IMG/VR virus record: IMGVR_UViG_3300020469_000203
Coordinates: 1 to 27,852 of that record
DNA length: 27,852 nt
Origin: a virus
Taxonomy: Duplodnaviria > Caudoviricetes
Direction: 5' to 3' (one strand)
Shown here: positions 8,894 to 17,658 of the stretch, piece after piece
How positions within the stretch are numbered: position 1 is the stretch's first letter
Layout: the number at the start of each line of letters is the position of its first letter
Notes under the pieces: model-generated
Databases searched by the model: none
Told to the model about the DNA's origin: nothing
Seen by the model: the letters and a program-made list of their open reading frames with translations, nothing else
Made by a program: the position numbers and the translations under genes

Positions 8894-10147
8894 ATGGCAA
8901 AAGTATTATCAAGACCAATGTTTAAAATGGGCGGTAAAGTTGCTGCAAAAAATTCAGGTATTATATCTGGTTTTGCAGACGGGGGTAATGTAAGACAAGG
9001 TTTTCAAAAAGCAGGCATGGTTGATCTATTAGATCAATATATACAAGCACCAGAACAACAACGCGGTTTAACAAGATCTGATTATTTACGTATAGCCGCA
9101 GCTGGTGCTAATATTATGGGCGCACAACCTACCGGTCGTAGTGGTTTTATTGGTGCACTACAAGCAGCAAGTCCAGCTTTAGCTGATCTTGGTACAGGTT
9201 TAGCGGAAGATTTTTCAACAAGAGATGCTGCTTATCAAAAAAAACTTTCTGATTATAATACTTTAAGAGCTAGTGCGGCCATGGAAGAAAAACAAATAGC
9301 CGATGAAAGAGATTTTGCAATAAGTGAACGCGAAGCAACTCAAGAATTTGAAACAGATTTAGAGGATGTTAGACAGGAAAATGCTATAGATTTATTAATT
9401 AAGGACAAAGAATTAAATCCTTATGATTTTGAAAAACAATATGTAACTGAAACAGCTAGAGATATTAATAAACAAATGTCTGTGTTAAATCCAAATAGTA
9501 AAGAATATAAAGATTTAAAAAATAACTTAGTTAATAATATTTATGGTGAGGCAACTAGATCAGGTATAAAAGAAAAAGGTGATTTATTAACAAGTGCCGC
9601 TTTTCAAAAAGCTCTTAAAGATGAGATAAAATTTATTACTGGAGACAGAGCGCTTGGTGAGGATAAAGGGGTTGACTTAAGAAAAGATCCAAAAAGCGCT
9701 TATTACAATATGAATTATTCTCAATTAAAAGAACAAGTTACTAAAGAATTATTTGGAGCTATAATTGAAGAAGTATACATATCACCAGGAGATCCAAAAG
9801 CTGCATTTGCTAAAGGTGGTCGAGTTGGTTTAGCTAACGGTGGTGGCCCATATGAACCAGGTAGTGGACCAGATCCAGATCCAGGATCGCCTCCAATCAT
9901 GACAGCTGCAAGAGGGCCTTATGAACCAGGTAGTGGACCAGATCCAGATCCAGAAGGTGCGCCTGTTATAACAGCACAGGAATTACGTCAAAGATTACCA
10001 GCAGAAGTAAGTGATCAAGTAATACAATTAATTGCTTCAAGTGAGCAAGCTTTGATTGATTTTGCTAAACTACAAACACAAGCAGATATTGACGCTTTTA
10101 ATGCTAAATATAATACTGATCTAGAAATGCCTTCTCAGAGGGCATAA
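8894..10147 (+). CDS. putative internal virion protein 3
   Basis: 417 aa; KVLSRPMFKMGG start, several x-x-GG tags, helical core, duplicated GPYEPGSGPDPDP, C-terminal ELRQRLPAEVSDQVIQLIA domain. Confidence 0.68.
   Translation: MAKVLSRPMFKMGGKVAAKNSGIISGFADGGNVRQGFQKAGMVDLLDQYIQAPEQQRGLTRSDYLRIAAAGANIMGAQPTGRSGFIGALQAASPALADLGTGLAEDFSTRDAAYQKKLSDYNTLRASAAMEEKQIADERDFAISEREATQEFETDLEDVRQENAIDLLIKDKELNPYDFEKQYVTETARDINKQMSVLNPNSKEYKDLKNNLVNNIYGEATRSGIKEKGDLLTSAAFQKALKDEIKFITGDRALGEDKGVDLRKDPKSAYYNMNYSQLKEQVTKELFGAIIEEVYISPGDPKAAFAKGGRVGLANGGGPYEPGSGPDPDPGSPPIMTAARGPYEPGSGPDPDPEGAPVITAQELRQRLPAEVSDQVIQLIASSEQALIDFAKLQTQADIDAFNAKYNTDLEMPSQRA
9851..9953 (+). repeat. 34-bp perfect direct repeat (2 copies, 69-nt period)
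   Basis: TATGAACCAGGTAGTGGACCAGATCCAGATCCAG at 9851-9884 and 9920-9953, in frame. Confidence 0.95.
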
Positions 10148-10148
10148 C

Positions 10149-13100
10149 ATGGGTGCTATAGATAATTTTTTAAAAAATTTATTAGTTAAAAACAATAACG
10201 ACAAACGCGATCCCTATGCTGCTCTTAATGAAAAAAAAGTTTTTGGAGATGTGGTTAATAAAAAAGAAGCAATTAGGGCTGTTGATTTAATTAGTAAAGG
10301 AGCAGGCACAGGTTTAGATAGTGGTATAGCTATAGCAAAAGGTGGTTTGCATGCAATGACTAATCCCAATTTAGCAACTTATAAAAATATAACAGAAATA
10401 CCTGGTTTGTTTACAGAAGAGGGTAGAGCTAAAACTTTAAACAGACTTTTTACTGGAGCACAAGAAGTAGCTAATAAGTATTACCCAAAACCCGGAGATG
10501 CTTTAACTAAGTATAGTTCTGTAACTGATCCTGCAGACAAAAGAGTAATTAACGCAGCGTCGTTTTATGCTGATCCTTTTTTAGCAGGTTCTTTAGCTTA
10601 TAAACCAACTAAAGCTGCTTTAACTAAAGGGGCTAATGCTTTAAAAAAAACAAGTAATAAAGTTGAGAATGTATTTGATCCTAAAATGAGTCCAGGTTAT
10701 GGAGCTGGAAGTGCTGATGTTCCAATCTATACAAGACCGGATGGTTCAAGAACGCAATATGCAACGCAAGAAAATATTGATACCGTGTTTGATTATTTTA
10801 ATCAAAACCCAGGATCAACTAACATATTAGCAAGTGAAACCTTAGGGATTAGTATATCGGACGTTAGTAGAATTAAAAGTTATTTAGGTTTACAAAGAGG
10901 ACAAGATACTAAACTAGGTTATGTATCTTTAGGTAGAAATAAATATAATAACGACAGAATGTTTGTTACTAATGAACAATATGAAGAAGCAATTAATTTG
11001 TTAACAGATGGCGATCTTACACAGCTTGAAATTGCGTCTCAACTTAAACTTGGAGAAACTTATATAAGAAACATAGCACAAAAAGCTGGCTTTACTTATA
11101 ATAAAAGATCAACCTTAGAGCGCAAACAAGATTTACAAGACATGATAGCGTATTTAAATAAAGTTGATGGTAGTACACTTCCTCAAATTACGCATAATTC
11201 AAAACTTACAAAAGAATTAAAAGAAAAATATGGTTTAAGTTATCAACAAGTTATAGATGATGTTAATGTAATTAAAGCAGAATTACTTGGCAAAACTCAC
11301 GGAAACAGTGCCAATTTAAAAGGTTTAAATTTTACGGACACTGATTTAACAAATGTATTAAAAAAATTTCCTGGCGGCAGGTCTGTTATATCCAATTTGA
11401 GAATTGCAGGTTTTGGTGAAGATTCTATTAAACAAATAGAAAATGTACAAAACTCCGTTAAAGGAGTTGCTAATAATAAAACTGTTTTTGAACATGCTAT
11501 GCCTCAAAGTTTAGTTAAAGAATTTAATCTTGATCCAAAGTATTTAATGTTTGGTGAAAGAACTACTGATTTTTTAAATATGTATAAAGCTAGATTTGAT
11601 GGGCCGGTAAAAAATTTAGCTGTTAAATTTGAAAAAACAGCTAAAAAATATAGAGACGGTAAAATTAGTAAGCAAGAGTATAACAATGCATATAAAGAAT
11701 ATATTACTAAAATTAAAAAAATGGAAACCGAAGTTATGGATGCAACTGATGGTTATAGAATTGGTTATATGGATTTTGTAGATGGTGTTCCTACCCCTAC
11801 TACACCACATTTTTCAGCTTTAACTTCACAAATAGGTGACCTTGGTCCACAAACAACAGCCCTTATTAATTTTTTTAAAAATGCAAAACACCATAACGCT
11901 TTATTAAAAAAATATAAAAATAACCCTTCTAATTTTCCTAATTTAAACGAAAGATTTGATAAAAGTATTGAATCAGGAAAAGTTTCTTTTGAAACAGAAG
12001 CTGCTAAAATTTATGATCAAATTAAAGATTTTACTACACCTAAACAATTTAAAAACTTTTATGAAAAAAATAAAAATAATAAATTTTTTCAAGCTTTATT
12101 TAATCCAGGTAAAAGAGGTGGTATAGCTAAAAATTTAATTCCTTATATAGGTAGTGGTAGAACCGCAGTGCCAACCGCTATAACAGGATCACTTGTAGGC
12201 GAAGCGGTTTTAGCTAATGAAAATAACGATCTAGCTAAGAGTGGTGCAGTAAAACCTAAACGTGGTTTAGTTGACGAGCCAGGAGGGTATGCTGGAGAAG
12301 AGTCTAGTGTTTTTAAAAGATATTTAGAAAACAAAGAGACTAGAGAAAACATTTTAAATCCAATTTCTGGAGTTGCTCCTGAAGGCATGCGTTCTGCTCT
12401 AGATCAAATTAGAAAAGATGAAGAACAAGATCTTGTACTGGCAGAATCTCGTTCAGAAGGTTCTAGTGAAAGAATAAAATTTGAACGAGAACAAATAGAT
12501 GTACGTTCAGCTAGACAAAAATTATCTGATGTACTAAACCCACAAAGACAAGTTCGCTATCCTATATTTAGCTTACCTAAATTGTTTACTGATAGTTATC
12601 CTATGCGGCAAGAAAGAAAAAGGTTAGCTGTTATACCGGCGGTAATAGGTCATGTAGCTAATCAAGTATTAAATGAATTGGGGGGTGATGAAAAAACTTT
12701 TCAAGAAAGATTTCCAGGTTTAGCTAAAAATTTAGCTGAAACCTATTCACCTCTACCACAAACATCTGATGAAGCAAAATATATTGACGGTATTAAAGAT
12801 ATTAATAGAGCACAAGAAGCTGGAATTACTAATCTTACTTATAACACTTTTGATTTAATTTTTTCCGGAATAGATTTAGCTAGTTTTGGTACTACTGATT
12901 TAACCACAAGACTTAGAGATAGCTATGAAAAAATGGATAGAACTAAACCTGAAGCGTTTGTTGGTCAAATGGTTTCTTTATTAGTTGAATATGGTGTGCC
13001 TGGTGGGGTAGTTACTAAAGTTTTAAATAGGGCTAGGCGTGCGTTAAGAGCGCGGGGCATGAATGTTTTACCACGATATGTAGCTGATGATGTTGTTGGT

Positions 13101-16100
13101 AAAAAAAGAAAAGTAATGCAGATAAGTAATGTTGCAAAACGAATGACTGGTACAGCAGCAATATTTGGTGCCACTGATTTTATTGGAGGAGGTCCTTATG
13201 GCACTTTAAAAGAAATGTTACCAGAAAACCAAGCTTTATTTAGTACTACCGAAGACACTAAAGGTTTAACAGGCAACGCTTTAATTGCAGCTAACTTTAG
13301 AAATAGAATAAAGATGGCAAAAGACGGAGCAATTATCGGTGCTTTATTTCCTGTGGTAGGGCCCGCATTAGTTGGAGGATCAAAAATAGCAGCGCGTGCT
13401 CTTACTAAACCTAGAAAAATGTTTGATGACCCTAATGAAACGGCTTCTATTTTAGGTGCACCTTTAAAAATAGTAGGGGAAGTTTTTACGGGAGCTGCAG
13501 ATTTATTAGCAGGTAAAACTCCATACACTACAAGAGAAATTCCAATAGTTGGTAAAGCTATTGGTTCTGTTGGAAGGGGTTTTTCTAGTGCTATACAAAG
13601 TGCTGCAGCTTTTACAGGTAAACAAGTTTTTACTAGAGCGGCTTTAGGTTTTTATGATACAGCCTATCAAAAACAAAAAATTATATCCGGTATCGGTGTA
13701 GAAAAAACATTTGCTAGAGCTTTACCAGAGTTTAAAGAATGGCGTAATTATTCTGTTAATAGCAAGGATCCTTTAGAGTCTTATCTTTCTAGTATCGATA
13801 ATAAATTAGCAGCTTTTAGAGACATAGGTAAACTAACTAAAGATGCTTTTGGATTAGATCAAAAAGCTAATTTTATGATTAACTCTAAAACTAGAACTAT
13901 AAATAAATATTTAGATCAAGTACACAACGAAGCTTACAAAATGGCTAGAACTTTTGAAGAGCGCTACCAACGTTATGGTGAACATCAAACTTTTCAAAAA
14001 AAATATTTAGACGAAGTTTATGAGTATTTAGAAGGCACTAGGTCTTTTGTTGATTTAAGTGGAGGGCAAGCATTAAAAAATAGTGCTAAAAACCTTAAAG
14101 ATTTTACTACAGTTTTAAAAAAAGAATTTAAAGATGTATTAGATGAGGATAATCCGTTAACAAAAGTTTTAGGACAAAGTTTAGATGGTTATTTTAGAAG
14201 GTCTTTTGGTATTTTTACTAATGCTAACTACAAGCCCCCTGAAGGTTCCGCAGAAAAAGCTAAGGTGTTTATTAAAGAATTGATAGAAGGCAATGAAGGT
14301 ATGAAACTAGAAGCAAAACAGGCTGGAATTAGTATAGATGAATACGCAGAACTTCAAGTAGCTGATATATTGCATACCGCTTATTATGAAGGACTTGATC
14401 CTTTAAGAGCTTTAGATAAAATAGTTAAAAAAATTGGCTTAGATGATATTAAAATATTAACAGGTGAAGAATTACCAAAAGTATTAAAAACTTTATTGGG
14501 TGAGGAAAAAAATTTAAAAGCTTCTGTGCTGCAAACAACAGGTAATATAATTGCTGGGGTAGAACAAAAGAAAGCTTTAGATAAAATAGCTGTAATGGGT
14601 TTAGAAAAGGGTTGGTTATTTAATACTGCAGAAAGAGCTAAAACTGCCGGAGGTATTTTAAACGCAGCACAAATAACAGATCTTAAAGGCAGTGGTTTTT
14701 TACCTTCTAGTATACAAGGTTTATGGGCTACTCCCGAATTAGCAGCACAATTATCTGGATACAATATTTTTGATTCATTTTTAAAATCTAAAGCATATCA
14801 AAATTTAATTGCTTTTAAAGCTATGGTACAAAGTGGTAAAACTTTGTATTCTCCTTCTACACAAATGCGTAACCTAGGTTCTGCTAGTTTGTTTGCTTTA
14901 AATGCTGGACACATTGGTGGAGACGTAAGTGTAACACAAGGCTTTAAACTTGTGTTAGATGATATTTATGGTGCGGGTAATACTTTAGATGAAAGTTTGC
15001 TTATTAAAGATGTAAGACGTGGTTTAGAACTTGGAGTTTTTGATGAAAATATACAAGCTAATGAGCTAGGTGCTGTGTTAAGAGATTTGAAAGGTTCTAA
15101 AAATTTAGTTACTGGCGAGCCTACCGTTAGTGATTTTAATATGTTTATTCAAAAAGTAGGTGATTCAAAAATTAATCAAACAGTACAGAGGTTGTATGCG
15201 GGTGGTGATAATGTGTGGAAACACTATGGTTGGAAATTTTATCAGTCTCAATTAAAAAATGGTGTTATTAAAAATATAGATGATGTTAAAGCTTATTATA
15301 AAAATATAATTGGTCAAACTTTTGATGAATTTGATTCAGTTACTGGTGCTAGAAAAGGTGTGGTTGAGGGTATAGAAGAAATTGGTGCTTATTTATTAAG
15401 AGAAACATATCCTACATATAGTCGAGTGCCTCCGGTAATACAAGCCTTACGTAAATTACCACTTGGTAACTTTGTATCTTTTCCTGCAGAAATGATTAGA
15501 ACTTCTGCGCAAACAACAAGTTTAGCTTTAAAACATATTGCTTCTGATAACCCAAATCTTAGGTCTATGGGTTATAAAACTTTGATGGGTCAATTTACTA
15601 CTGCGTATGGTTTAAATGAAGGTGCACAACAATTAGCTGGTGTTATGACAGGAGTTACGCAAGATAAAGTACAGGCTTATAGTAAAGAATTAGGCCCTTC
15701 TTTCTTGTCAGGCCACACATTAATACCTGTCACTAGACAACAAAAAGACGGTTCATTTAAAGCATTTGATATGTCAACTTATAATCCTTACGATTATATA
15801 ACTGCTCCAATTGAAAGTTTTATAAATGAATTAAACACTACTAGACTTGATCCTGATAAAATTGAAGGTGAAGTATACGCTCGTTATATGGATGCTGTTA
15901 TGCCTTTATTTGCTTTTGCAGAACCTTTTGTATCAGAAACAATTGGCTTAGAACCTTTTATGGATATTTGGGCACGTAAAGGTCAAAAATCAAATGGAAA
16001 ATTTATTTGGTCAAACTCAGATCATTTTGGTGTTAAAGTAAATAAATCTTTTGAACATATTTTTGAAACTATATCACCAGGAATATTAAGAACTGTTGAG

Positions 16101-16937
16101 CAAATTGGTGGTGCCCTAACTTTAGATGTTAAACAAGGAAAAATTGTAGATTTATCGGATACTCTTTTTAAATTATTTGGTGCTTCAGTGTTATTAATAA
16201 ATCCAGTAAAAGCACTTGACTTTAAAGCATCCGAAATTAGAAAAATTAGGGAAAACGCTTTTAAAACTGAAGCTTTTTTTGGTGATGAAAATGCATTACA
16301 AAAAGGTCCTATTTATAATAGTGAAGGTAGAAAAGTTGGTCATAATATGGCTAACGAATTAAACTCAATAAATGAAGAAGCGTTTAGAGCTCAATTTGAA
16401 ATGTATAAATTGTTTAAAAGATCTTTAGAAACAGGTTTATTAACATATTCACAAATAGAAGACACGCTTGGAAAAGACGGTAGGGATGTAATAAATTTAG
16501 AAAGACTATTAGACGGTGAGTTTAGTCCAGTTGGATATTCTTATGACGCATTAGATGCAAGAGCTGAAAGATTACAAAAACTTTATAGAAAACAAGGTAT
16601 AAGAACTCGTTATGATGATTTCTTTCCTGAAGGTGCACTTGACGACGTAATAGATAAATGGGAAGGAACTATGTTTAAAAACTTTATAGACCAAGATAGA
16701 GAACCCGGACCCGTAAGTATGAAACCACCAGTAAATAATACACCAATAGAAACACAAACAGTTGAACCACAAGTGCCGCCGTTACCGGACAGCGGTACAC
16801 CAATTGTTAACCCAAAACAAACGGCTAGCGTAGCGGGGACCACGGTTAGTCCTAGAACTGGACTTACTGATTCAGAAAGTGTATTGTTGTCACCTACTGA
16901 TCAATTATACAGAAGAAGACAACGGGGTATAACTTAA
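10149..16937 (+). CDS. giant multidomain internal virion (ejection) protein with N-terminal HTH and HNH-like module
   Basis: 2262-aa ORF at the end of the structural operon before lysis genes, the usual slot of the largest podoviral ejection protein; two HTH-like segments, an EHAMP...N-x-x-K segment, long helical core, Pro-rich linker and GLTDSESVLLSPTDQ end. Confidence 0.72.
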   Translation: MGAIDNFLKNLLVKNNNDKRDPYAALNEKKVFGDVVNKKEAIRAVDLISKGAGTGLDSGIAIAKGGLHAMTNPNLATYKNITEIPGLFTEEGRAKTLNRLFTGAQEVANKYYPKPGDALTKYSSVTDPADKRVINAASFYADPFLAGSLAYKPTKAALTKGANALKKTSNKVENVFDPKMSPGYGAGSADVPIYTRPDGSRTQYATQENIDTVFDYFNQNPGSTNILASETLGISISDVSRIKSYLGLQRGQDTKLGYVSLGRNKYNNDRMFVTNEQYEEAINLLTDGDLTQLEIASQLKLGETYIRNIAQKAGFTYNKRSTLERKQDLQDMIAYLNKVDGSTLPQITHNSKLTKELKEKYGLSYQQVIDDVNVIKAELLGKTHGNSANLKGLNFTDTDLTNVLKKFPGGRSVISNLRIAGFGEDSIKQIENVQNSVKGVANNKTVFEHAMPQSLVKEFNLDPKYLMFGERTTDFLNMYKARFDGPVKNLAVKFEKTAKKYRDGKISKQEYNNAYKEYITKIKKMETEVMDATDGYRIGYMDFVDGVPTPTTPHFSALTSQIGDLGPQTTALINFFKNAKHHNALLKKYKNNPSNFPNLNERFDKSIESGKVSFETEAAKIYDQIKDFTTPKQFKNFYEKNKNNKFFQALFNPGKRGGIAKNLIPYIGSGRTAVPTAITGSLVGEAVLANENNDLAKSGAVKPKRGLVDEPGGYAGEESSVFKRYLENKETRENILNPISGVAPEGMRSALDQIRKDEEQDLVLAESRSEGSSERIKFEREQIDVRSARQKLSDVLNPQRQVRYPIFSLPKLFTDSYPMRQERKRLAVIPAVIGHVANQVLNELGGDEKTFQERFPGLAKNLAETYSPLPQTSDEAKYIDGIKDINRAQEAGITNLTYNTFDLIFSGIDLASFGTTDLTTRLRDSYEKMDRTKPEAFVGQMVSLLVEYGVPGGVVTKVLNRARRALRARGMNVLPRYVADDVVGKKRKVMQISNVAKRMTGTAAIFGATDFIGGGPYGTLKEMLPENQALFSTTEDTKGLTGNALIAANFRNRIKMAKDGAIIGALFPVVGPALVGGSKIAARALTKPRKMFDDPNETASILGAPLKIVGEVFTGAADLLAGKTPYTTREIPIVGKAIGSVGRGFSSAIQSAAAFTGKQVFTRAALGFYDTAYQKQKIISGIGVEKTFARALPEFKEWRNYSVNSKDPLESYLSSIDNKLAAFRDIGKLTKDAFGLDQKANFMINSKTRTINKYLDQVHNEAYKMARTFEERYQRYGEHQTFQKKYLDEVYEYLEGTRSFVDLSGGQALKNSAKNLKDFTTVLKKEFKDVLDEDNPLTKVLGQSLDGYFRRSFGIFTNANYKPPEGSAEKAKVFIKELIEGNEGMKLEAKQAGISIDEYAELQVADILHTAYYEGLDPLRALDKIVKKIGLDDIKILTGEELPKVLKTLLGEEKNLKASVLQTTGNIIAGVEQKKALDKIAVMGLEKGWLFNTAERAKTAGGILNAAQITDLKGSGFLPSSIQGLWATPELAAQLSGYNIFDSFLKSKAYQNLIAFKAMVQSGKTLYSPSTQMRNLGSASLFALNAGHIGGDVSVTQGFKLVLDDIYGAGNTLDESLLIKDVRRGLELGVFDENIQANELGAVLRDLKGSKNLVTGEPTVSDFNMFIQKVGDSKINQTVQRLYAGGDNVWKHYGWKFYQSQLKNGVIKNIDDVKAYYKNIIGQTFDEFDSVTGARKGVVEGIEEIGAYLLRETYPTYSRVPPVIQALRKLPLGNFVSFPAEMIRTSAQTTSLALKHIASDNPNLRSMGYKTLMGQFTTAYGLNEGAQQLAGVMTGVTQDKVQAYSKELGPSFLSGHTLIPVTRQQKDGSFKAFDMSTYNPYDYITAPIESFINELNTTRLDPDKIEGEVYARYMDAVMPLFAFAEPFVSETIGLEPFMDIWARKGQKSNGKFIWSNSDHFGVKVNKSFEHIFETISPGILRTVEQIGGALTLDVKQGKIVDLSDTLFKLFGASVLLINPVKALDFKASEIRKIRENAFKTEAFFGDENALQKGPIYNSEGRKVGHNMANELNSINEEAFRAQFEMYKLFKRSLETGLLTYSQIEDTLGKDGRDVINLERLLDGEFSPVGYSYDALDARAERLQKLYRKQGIRTRYDDFFPEGALDDVIDKWEGTMFKNFIDQDREPGPVSMKPPVNNTPIETQTVEPQVPPLPDSGTPIVNPKQTASVAGTTVSPRTGLTDSESVLLSPTDQLYRRRQRGIT

Positions 16938-17197
16938 TGAACGATACAGTTAAAGGTATAGTACCAGAAGATGATAGGGAACATATTATTTCTCTCTACG
17001 GTCACATCAAAGGTGTGGAACGTGAGATTGATATTATAAAAACTAACCATCTTAAACATCTAGACGACAAAATTACACACGTCCATGCAGACGTAGAAAA
17101 ATTGGGTGGTAAGATAGATAAAATCTATTGGGTTGTTTTATCTACAGTGGGGGCTGTAGGATTAATGGTTATTGACACATTGTTAGGAAAATTATAA
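16937..17197 (+). CDS. holin-like membrane protein
   Basis: 86 aa; coiled coil (NHLKHL) followed by one C-terminal hydrophobic helix (IYWVVLSTVGAVGLMVI); immediately upstream of the endolysin. Confidence 0.55.
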   Translation: MNDTVKGIVPEDDREHIISLYGHIKGVEREIDIIKTNHLKHLDDKITHVHADVEKLGGKIDKIYWVVLSTVGAVGLMVIDTLLGKL

Positions 17198-17658
17198 TGC
17201 AGCTATCAAACAACTTTACATTAAAAGAATTAACTAAATCACAGACCGCGACTCGCAAAGGTATCGACAACGAACCTTCAACCGAGCATGTAGAGAATCT
17301 TATTCACCTAGCGAAAACTATCCTGCAACCAGTGCGTGAGCATTTCGGTAAACCGGTTATGATATCTTCAGGCTATAGAAGCCCAGCGTTGTGCGAAGCT
17401 ATCGGTTCTTCGGCTAAGTCACAACATGCCAAGGGTGAGGCAGCAGACTTTGAGATTCATGGAGTTGATAACAAGGAGCTTGCGACTTGGATTAGTATCA
17501 ACTGTGACTTTGATCAATTAATTTTAGAGTTTTATATTGATGGTGACCCCAATTCAGGTTGGGTCCACTGTTCTAGTAAGATGGAAAGTTCACGAAGACA
17601 AATGTTGAAAGCAGAAAAAATAGAAGGCCGAACTTCTTATTCTCCAATTCTACTTTAG
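17197..17658 (+). CDS. endolysin, peptidase M15A family Zn peptidase
   Basis: MQLSNNFTLKEL start, SSGYRS, SQHAKGEAAD (H-x6-D) and WVHCS zinc-ligand motifs. Confidence 0.92.
   Translation: MQLSNNFTLKELTKSQTATRKGIDNEPSTEHVENLIHLAKTILQPVREHFGKPVMISSGYRSPALCEAIGSSAKSQHAKGEAADFEIHGVDNKELATWISINCDFDQLILEFYIDGDPNSGWVHCSSKMESSRRQMLKAEKIEGRTSYSPILL

Noticed and set aside
9845-9953. Direct repeat as a CRISPR array or DGR template/variable repeat
   Set aside because: Only two copies, in frame inside a CDS, with no adenine-specific mismatches, and no cas or reverse transcriptase gene in the window.
96-16843. Many minus-strand ORFs of 60-160 aa in the structural region
   Set aside because: All are antisense shadows of long plus-strand genes with recognisable motifs; they have no family signatures or evident RBS.
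10149-16937. Giant protein as a virion RNA polymerase (N4- or crAss-like) or lytic transglycosylase
   Set aside because: I found no DxDGD/DFDID or T7-type polymerase motifs, nor a clear ES...GLMQ transglycosylase motif; only a profile search could exclude remote homology.
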